Shown here one piece after another: positions 37,754 through 44,288 of a DNA stretch of 44,288 nt. The translations under genes and the position numbers were made by a program. How positions within the stretch are numbered: the first letter of the stretch is position 1; each line of letters starts with the position of its first letter. The notes beneath the pieces are model-generated. The model did not search any database. It worked only from the letters and a program-made list of their open reading frames with translations, and was not told the DNA's origin. This DNA is from Pseudobacteriovorax sp. (GTDB lineage Bacteria; Bdellovibrionota_B; Oligoflexia; Oligoflexales; Oligoflexaceae): assembly GCA_050293845.1 (NCBI GenBank), contig JBNKNM010000024.1:1-44288 (forward strand), given 5' to 3'.

Positions 37754-38707
37754 TTATTTTTTCCAGACACATACTAGGTTTATTGTCAGCAGTTCTTCAT
37801 CAGAAAATGCTTGCAATTCACCCTTAGATTTAATTTCTTTCAACTCATCAGCTAATTCATCCTGTGTTTCGTAGATAAATTCACAATTTGGAAGAGTTTT
37901 ATTGAAAAGTTTTTCCCATTCTTTGAGACTTAGTTTATTGAGGTAGCAATTGGCGGTAACAGTGTGCTTATAATTCTCTCTCAGGTGAGGCCAGTAGGGT
38001 GGTTTAATATCCCAAGATGAAAAAATCTTTGCATCGTGAATACCGCTATGACTGGTATAAAGATGTAAGCTAATATAAACAACACCACCAGGCTTTACCA
38101 GTTTTTTAATTTCTTCAATAGCTTTAGCTGGGTTCTGTATATGTTCAAAAACCGAATATGAGTAAATAATATCGAAGGATTCCTCGGGTAAACCTGCATT
38201 TTCCGCATAGCCATTAATAAGCTGAATGCGATCACCTATTTTCTTTCCTAATTGGTTTTCGAGCATAGCAATAAATTTTCTGTCGCGACCAACTAGTTTT
38301 CTGAGCAAGGTTTTAAAAACTCTCAATAAAGAATTTTTTTGAAACATTTTAAAATAATCAGCTAATTTTGATTTATAGATAATGACATCAGTATCTAGCC
38401 CTGTGACATTATTTTCACTAGCCCAACAAAAAACGTAACGTAATTGTTGGCCAGGACCAATATCAAGCACCTCTAAATTTTCCAAAGGTTTGTCGATGTG
38501 TTTACTAATGCGCCTCTGGGTTGTACGATAGGTATCTACTGTCCATTTCACATATCTTTCATCAATTTTAAAAAGGTTTAATGTTAGAAAAAATATTTCT
38601 CTAATTCTTTGAAAAAGGCTGACCCGTGTTGAAGTGTATGAATACTTTACTGACTGAATCGGTTTATAATCTTGATTTTCAGTCTCTTTTTCTTTGGGAA
38701 GCGACAT
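37754..38707 (-). CDS. Class I SAM-dependent methyltransferase
   Basis: VLDIGPG, GLD, SFDIIYSYSVFEHI, LVKPGG, GIH, YLNKL. Confidence 0.88.
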   Translation of the reverse strand: MSLPKEKETENQDYKPIQSVKYSYTSTRVSLFQRIREIFFLTLNLFKIDERYVKWTVDTYRTTQRRISKHIDKPLENLEVLDIGPGQQLRYVFCWASENNVTGLDTDVIIYKSKLADYFKMFQKNSLLRVFKTLLRKLVGRDRKFIAMLENQLGKKIGDRIQLINGYAENAGLPEESFDIIYSYSVFEHIQNPAKAIEEIKKLVKPGGVVYISLHLYTSHSGIHDAKIFSSWDIKPPYWPHLRENYKHTVTANCYLNKLSLKEWEKLFNKTLPNCEFIYETQDELADELKEIKSKGELQAFSDEELLTINLVCVWKK

Positions 38708-39009
38708 TTCATTCCTCTTGAAACATTTCTTAAGTAACTACAAAAAACAAAATCTCAGTTTCATGCCTAAGTGTGGTGCAAAGGTTGATCCTTTGTTCGT
38801 TCTTCGGTTAGCTATGTGAATAGTTAAACTTGGATAACTCTGATATTACAATCTAGTAAAATTTACATAACAAAAAAATAAAGAAAAGGTAGTCATGATT
38901 CGGGATAAAGGATCGGAGTTTGTTGTCAGAAACCGGCTTAGTTGAGTCTTAAGCGGATGGAGAAAATAAAGAGAATCTCATTATAAATAATTATTGGAAA
39001 CGAAATCAC

Positions 39010-39036
39010 TTAGTGTTTATTCTGGTGAGCCGATAG
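39010..39036 (+). promoter_or_regulatory. sigma28 (FliA)-like promoter
   Basis: TTAGTGTT-N11-GCCGATAG upstream of the CheA-like kinase; the -10 is a 7/8 match to GCCGATAA. Confidence 0.55.
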
Positions 39037-39052
39037 TCCAGCATCTGATAAT

Positions 39053-41707
39053 TTGACTGGAGTGAAAGAAACAGTGATGGTTGTAAGAAGTTGTTTCTAC
39101 TCGCTATTATGTAGTTTTTTGCATTTCACAGTAATTTTAGGTTATTCAGGAACACTTTTAGCCAATCCAGACCATGATGGCTGGGGAGTAAGTTGGGGAA
39201 AGTTTTTGGCTCCTGAAGAAATTACCGACTTTCAGGGAGATTTGGATACCATCGTCAATATAGAGCCAAGTGCAGCGGTATCAAATCCCAACCAATATCG
39301 GTATGCCACATTTTGGAGATATTTTCCAGATGATAACTCGACGTTGCAGTATGGACTTACCATTCCTAAAGTTAGAGCAGCTGTCAAGGTTTGGGTAAAT
39401 GGTGAACTTATTTTACAGCGGGGAATGCCTGGGAAAAATGAAGAAAGCGAATCTATAGCTGTAGTTCCTAGTTTATTACCTTTAAAGAAGAATACTGAAG
39501 GCTACAATGTTGTTCTTCATGTGTCTGGATTTGCTTTTCGATGGATGGGACCTGTGACACCCATACTTTTTGGGGAATACAATCAGTTAAAGTTAGAAAA
39601 AGAACAAGCTCAATTTCGCGATACTTTCGTTCTAAGTTCAATACTTATTATGGCATTTTACCATTTTGCAATTTTTCTTCTTCGGCCCAGCAGACGTGAA
39701 GCACTATATTTTGCGGCATTTTGTGCCGGAGTCATAGGGATGACGACCATCAATGGTGGCGGAAAATTAATTTTTTATTTCTTTCCAAATACTCCAGTCG
39801 AGCTCTATTATCGACTTGACTTTATCTGTTTTCCTTCAGCTATTATTGCTCTTACTTATTTCTGTAAAAGCCTTTATCCTAAACAAATTTGGCAGCGCAT
39901 GGTGCAAGTGAGCATTTGGAGTTCATCTATATTTGCTCTTACCGCTATGTTGGCTCCATTCCTTTGGATTGATGCTTTATTGCAACCATATCAAATAATA
40001 GTATTGTCTGGTGCTTGTGTTTATCTGACAAATATTACTCGTGCCGCATTACAAAAAGAACCTGATGCCTGGCTGTTCTTATCAGGATTTATAATTATAG
40101 TATTTGGTGGAGTTAATGATATATTAAAGACCAATGGTCTTGATCTGCCTACAGTATCTCACCTTACCCTGTTTGCATTTATATTTATACAATCAATAAT
40201 ACTTTCACTTAGATTTTCCCGGGCCTTTGATCGCTTGGAAGTAGCGGAAACAGAAATTAGGCAGCTTAATAGCAATCTAGAGATGAAAGTCCAAGAGCGT
40301 ACGGCAACAATTCGTATGATTTTGGATCATGTAAAATCAGGTTTCATGCTGATTGATTCTTCACTAAAGCTTGAACCTGGATTTACTAAATCATGTGCAG
40401 AGATTCTTGGTCGTGATATTGAAGAAGGAGCGCTTTTCAGTAAACTTTTCGCTATTTCAGATCAAGAATCACATGCGTTAGACCTAAGCTTTGAACAAGT
40501 TTTTGAAGACTTTATGCCCGAAATGGTCACTTTAGGTCAGATACCAAGTCGGTTACCTGCTTCCGGTAAGATTATTCGTCTGCAGGCTTCAGTGATTCGC
40601 AATGGGGAAACCTCGGCTATAGAACATATTCTTATCACTCTCACCGATGCGACTGAACTAGCTAAAATGGAATCAGAAGTCAAGATTACGCAAAGTTTGC
40701 TTAAAATTCTTCAATCTTTAACTAATTTCAAATCCTTATTGGCTGAGACATTTGACGAGTTTGAACGCAGTAGCAATCTTTTGGAGCAGCAAGGGCAAAA
40801 AGATTTGAAGATGTTATTGCATACCATTAAAGGAAATTTTTCTTCTTATGGTCTGGATGAAATTGCTTGCTTAGCTCACGAAATTGAGGATCATGATGAA
40901 ATCACACAAAATGACATAGAAAGACTCATACGTGCCACTGAAAACTTCCTTGATTTTCATAAGGATATTTTACGGATTGATCTTCACACCCTTAAGGAGC
41001 ATGAATATATTTTGCGTGATCAACATTTTTCTCAGTTACTCACAGAGCTTGAGAAAGAGGGAGTCTCAGCATCTTTTATCAATAGGTGTAGAGTTTGGGT
41101 TGATCAGGTCAAAAAAGTGTCACTGCGCGACCTTTTAGGACCCGTTGAGAAAAGTGTTGAACGTATCGCCGACAGCATTGGTAAAAGAGCAATATTGCAC
41201 TTTGAAGGAGATCATGTTTTGGTGGATAGGGATAGTTGTCAAGTGCTCATTCATAGTCTCATTCATGTCATTCGAAACAGTTTGGATCATGGTCTCGAAA
41301 GTCCTTCTGAACGAGGAGACAAGTCAGAGAATGGACAGTTATTTATAAAGGCCTGGCATGCTGATGCTAAATTGCACATTGATATTGGCGATGATGGCCG
41401 TGGTATGGATCCCGAACGACTACGCTCTGTAGCTGTTACCAAGGGAGTGATTACTCCGGAAGAGGCTGCAACTCTTAGCGATGAAGATAGCTACTATCTC
41501 ATCTTTCGACCAGGTTTTTCCACAGCAGAGGAGGTTTCATCTCTTTCAGGTCGTGGAGTGGGAATGTCCGCAGTTTATGATGCTGTCTTAAGCTTGCAAG
41601 GTGAGCTGAAGATAGCGAGTGAACTTGGAAAAGGGGTATGCTTTCACATATCCATTCCCGAACATCAGGATAAGGAAGAGCAGAACATAAAGCAGCTGGC
41701 GTCTTAG
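39053..41707 (+). CDS. Membrane sensor kinase: 7TM-DISM extracellular + 7TM + PAS-like + HPt + CheA-type HATPase
   Basis: VWVNGEL...VVLHVSGF (DISM ECD), ILIMAFYHFAIF and further TMs, LLHTIKGN (HPt), IHVIRNSLDHGLE, DDGRGMD, IFRPGFST..SGRGVGM; ends without CheW; start probably 39074 or 39077. Confidence 0.88.
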   Translation: MTGVKETVMVVRSCFYSLLCSFLHFTVILGYSGTLLANPDHDGWGVSWGKFLAPEEITDFQGDLDTIVNIEPSAAVSNPNQYRYATFWRYFPDDNSTLQYGLTIPKVRAAVKVWVNGELILQRGMPGKNEESESIAVVPSLLPLKKNTEGYNVVLHVSGFAFRWMGPVTPILFGEYNQLKLEKEQAQFRDTFVLSSILIMAFYHFAIFLLRPSRREALYFAAFCAGVIGMTTINGGGKLIFYFFPNTPVELYYRLDFICFPSAIIALTYFCKSLYPKQIWQRMVQVSIWSSSIFALTAMLAPFLWIDALLQPYQIIVLSGACVYLTNITRAALQKEPDAWLFLSGFIIIVFGGVNDILKTNGLDLPTVSHLTLFAFIFIQSIILSLRFSRAFDRLEVAETEIRQLNSNLEMKVQERTATIRMILDHVKSGFMLIDSSLKLEPGFTKSCAEILGRDIEEGALFSKLFAISDQESHALDLSFEQVFEDFMPEMVTLGQIPSRLPASGKIIRLQASVIRNGETSAIEHILITLTDATELAKMESEVKITQSLLKILQSLTNFKSLLAETFDEFERSSNLLEQQGQKDLKMLLHTIKGNFSSYGLDEIACLAHEIEDHDEITQNDIERLIRATENFLDFHKDILRIDLHTLKEHEYILRDQHFSQLLTELEKEGVSASFINRCRVWVDQVKKVSLRDLLGPVEKSVERIADSIGKRAILHFEGDHVLVDRDSCQVLIHSLIHVIRNSLDHGLESPSERGDKSENGQLFIKAWHADAKLHIDIGDDGRGMDPERLRSVAVTKGVITPEEAATLSDEDSYYLIFRPGFSTAEEVSSLSGRGVGMSAVYDAVLSLQGELKIASELGKGVCFHISIPEHQDKEEQNIKQLAS

Positions 41708-41901
41708 TTGTTGGTCGTTTTGTCCTCTTCCTCTTTTCCTTGCTAATTTTTAGCACCCTTTGCTAAAAAACGGGAAACTACCTAGTTAAATTGACGGCGT
41801 TGAAAAGTTAAATAACTGTATTTATTATTAAGAGATTAAAGGCATAGTTGTTGCTTATCATCTCATACTACGGATCATATTAAGACTGTGAGTATAGAAC
41901 G

Positions 41902-43368
41902 ATGAGCAAAATTTTTGCATTACCCAACACTACGATGCCAACGTCATTTGATCCTCTTGAGCTGGATAACTTCCATAATTACTTTTCTGGACAAATGCTT
42001 TACTTAGCTCCTATCCAAATAAATTCCAGGGGGGCTTTATATAGTATCCTATTGGAGAAATTCGTCTACGATAGTAGATATAAGCAGCTTGCGTTAAGGC
42101 TGCGGGAGGGTCTAAAATTCTCCAATGGCTCTCCCATATATGCTCGGGACATCACATTAGCCATTTTAAGAATGGCAAAGGTTCGGCCTGACTTTGCTTT
42201 TATCCCGGATATTATTGGCATTGAGGAATGGAGTTTCGCGGGAGCTTCTCTGAAGTTTCTCCCACAAGGTATACAAGTCAAGGGAAGAGACATTACTATC
42301 CGGTTGGGATGTGCAAGAAAAAATCCTCTTTATTGCTTAGCACTTAATGTGTTTGCTGTCGTTCCTTTGGAAAGCTGTCATTTGGAAACATCTCACCTGA
42401 ATTGTCGGATTCCACCCTCAAGTGGTCCCTATATTATGGCAAAGAGAGGGGAAGATTTTATAGAATTCACCAAGAATCCATTCTTCCCTTTGGCTCATTA
42501 TCCGCAACAGATTAAGTTTGATTATCCAAAGCTGGGTTATAATCAGTATTTATTAGAACATTGTGTGGATGAAGCAGTTCTGTTTTCCCATGAAATGGCT
42601 TTGAATAAAGCCTTGATCAACAGCGATGATCTTGCTAGCTTTCATATCGATAGTTTACCCAAGTCATGGTTTAGTGCCTTCATATTGAATGCGACTAGGC
42701 AACCGTTTGATGATCCATTATGCCGTCAGTGGTTTAGAGATGTTTTCTATAGTGAGTTTTGCTCGCAAAAACACATCAATATTGTAAGCACTCAGAACCT
42801 TTTTCCAGGGTCGCTGATGGGTTCAGGGCAAGCCTCAAAAAGGGATAGCTACAATGAGCTGGAGGTGAGTACCTTTGTCAAACAAATCAACAGGAAAGGA
42901 TTAAATCTAATCTATCGCAATGCCGACTTGTTATTTCCCATCGGGGAGGTACTAGTAAGCATGGCAAAGAAATATAATTTGAAATTAAACAAACCTATTA
43001 AAGATTTGCATGGTGACTTTAGAGAGTGGGATTTGCAGCCTTTCAACTCTGGATTTAGCCTTCTAGATCCTATTGCAGATATTAAAATACTGTTCACAAA
43101 GGGGGTGCATTCTGCTTTGCAGGGGGTCGTCTATGATAAGGTCGTAGCAGATCTTGCTAATAGCTTTGGTCCAAGTCGACACCGAAATAGGGACATTGTC
43201 CATAGTCTTAATAAAAAGCTCTATCAAGACGCTATTTTGAATAGCTATTGCCATTGGAGTTATATTTATATGAGATTAAAAAAATATCGGAAACTTGCGT
43301 ATATTTCTGATGCTGTATCTATGCCTTATCCCTGGGAGGTTTTCAATGATCCTGGAACTGGACGGTAA
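41902..43368 (+). CDS. Family 5 ABC substrate-binding-like protein
   Basis: TSFDP, LRLREGLKFSNGSPIYARD, PPSSGPY..FTKNPFF, LNATRQPFDD..CRQ. Confidence 0.75.
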   Translation: MSKIFALPNTTMPTSFDPLELDNFHNYFSGQMLYLAPIQINSRGALYSILLEKFVYDSRYKQLALRLREGLKFSNGSPIYARDITLAILRMAKVRPDFAFIPDIIGIEEWSFAGASLKFLPQGIQVKGRDITIRLGCARKNPLYCLALNVFAVVPLESCHLETSHLNCRIPPSSGPYIMAKRGEDFIEFTKNPFFPLAHYPQQIKFDYPKLGYNQYLLEHCVDEAVLFSHEMALNKALINSDDLASFHIDSLPKSWFSAFILNATRQPFDDPLCRQWFRDVFYSEFCSQKHINIVSTQNLFPGSLMGSGQASKRDSYNELEVSTFVKQINRKGLNLIYRNADLLFPIGEVLVSMAKKYNLKLNKPIKDLHGDFREWDLQPFNSGFSLLDPIADIKILFTKGVHSALQGVVYDKVVADLANSFGPSRHRNRDIVHSLNKKLYQDAILNSYCHWSYIYMRLKKYRKLAYISDAVSMPYPWEVFNDPGTGR

Positions 43369-43463
43369 TTCCTAATGAGATGGGAGTGCTTATGAATAAT
43401 GACAGAAGAATCCGATCTAGGGGCTATAGCGCCCCAACGAACGAATTCGGTTATGGCGACGGA

Positions 43464-44285
43464 TTACTGAGCGCTTCTCCATGTACCATCAGCTGTTCCT
43501 GTATCGCTAAAGCTGTAGCTTCCAGAAAATTTATCTTGCTCATCAAAGATCCATTCAATCCAGCCACTGCTGTTGCCTACTTGCCAGTATGCTGAAACAT
43601 ATTTACCATTGAGGGCACCGTCTACAATATTACCGCAGGCGCATCCAGCAGAGCAGCCATGGTCACAGGAACGATTATGGCATTGGTGATTCCAACGATT
43701 ACCATAGCGGTAGAAACCTTGAAAGCCATCTGTTGTCCGTGCTAGGCAAACGGTGGCATTAACCGAGCTTCCATTAACGGAGTAACGTGTTCTTATCGGG
43801 TGGGTAAAAATATCAAGATCATTACGCTCATTTAAGTCTAGAATGCCGATAGGCTGCTCTTCAACTAAAGAATCATTTACAAGAGAAACAGCCAATCTGA
43901 AAGAGACTGGGTTTCTATAGATTCTACTTAAGGCTTCATTTTGGGCGACAACGTCTAGTACTTGAATCCCTCCAGGTTTAAAGGCTATCGTGCAAACTGG
44001 TGATTCGAGAGAACCTGTACAGGTGCCTTTAGCCCTTGTTCCTTCGAATGATCGCATCCCATCTTTCTCCCTTATTTTTTTCATTTGGAAATGATCTTCC
44101 ATTCCTGTCATGGATTCAGGGATTGTGTAAGTAATAGTATGGTTAGAGTTATCAACTTCAGCATCTAACTGGTGAGTCGCAAATGGTTCAAGGGCGGGGT
44201 CTTCTGTTGGAATCCTGTATTCTGCTGCAGAAGCTAGGCTACAGCATATTAATAAGAATGTCGATAGCGCAATATTAGTTTTCAT
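43464..44285 (-). CDS. Hypothetical secreted protein with a Cys-rich insert
   Basis: Signal peptide ending ASA; CHNRSCDHGCSAGCAC segment; C-terminal Gly/Trp-rich beta strands. Confidence 0.7.
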   Translation of the reverse strand: MKTNIALSTFLLICCSLASAAEYRIPTEDPALEPFATHQLDAEVDNSNHTITYTIPESMTGMEDHFQMKKIREKDGMRSFEGTRAKGTCTGSLESPVCTIAFKPGGIQVLDVVAQNEALSRIYRNPVSFRLAVSLVNDSLVEEQPIGILDLNERNDLDIFTHPIRTRYSVNGSSVNATVCLARTTDGFQGFYRYGNRWNHQCHNRSCDHGCSAGCACGNIVDGALNGKYVSAYWQVGNSSGWIEWIFDEQDKFSGSYSFSDTGTADGTWRSAQ

Positions 44286-44288
44286 AAT

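Overview
A 44.3 kb bacterial chromosomal window. The gene styles (class I LysRS, STAS/Zn-ribbon protein, 7TM-DISM/CheA-like kinase, several sigma28-type promoters) suggest an Oligoflexia/Bdellovibrionota-like organism; this is inference only. It holds a housekeeping core (class I lysS, glutathione peroxidase, hemN, serS, dusB, type II glutamine synthetase, AddAB-like helicase/nuclease), a kinase-free cluster of receiver-domain genes at 14.6-17.9 kb, and an accessory right half (PhyH dioxygenase, DUF4360, GT-C-like membrane protein, FAD oxidoreductase, DUF2167, OPT transporter, K+ channel, acyltransferase-3, methyltransferase, membrane-anchored CheA-like kinase, SBP5-like protein). Reading outside the ORF track shows: a truncated GH43 gene at the left edge; decayed pseudogenes of an HD phosphohydrolase, HU and an F5/8-type C domain; a ~210 bp inverted duplication of the HU/PhyH junction; a 47 bp dispersed repeat; and an exact 44 bp tandem duplication that doubles a sigma28-like promoter. 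I saw no rRNA, tRNA, CRISPR array or intact transposase/integrase. The best candidate for an undescribed system is a putative sigma28-controlled signalling module: a CheW-less 7TM CheA-like kinase, orphan receivers and a STAS-Zn ribbon protein. The link between these parts is inferred, not shown.
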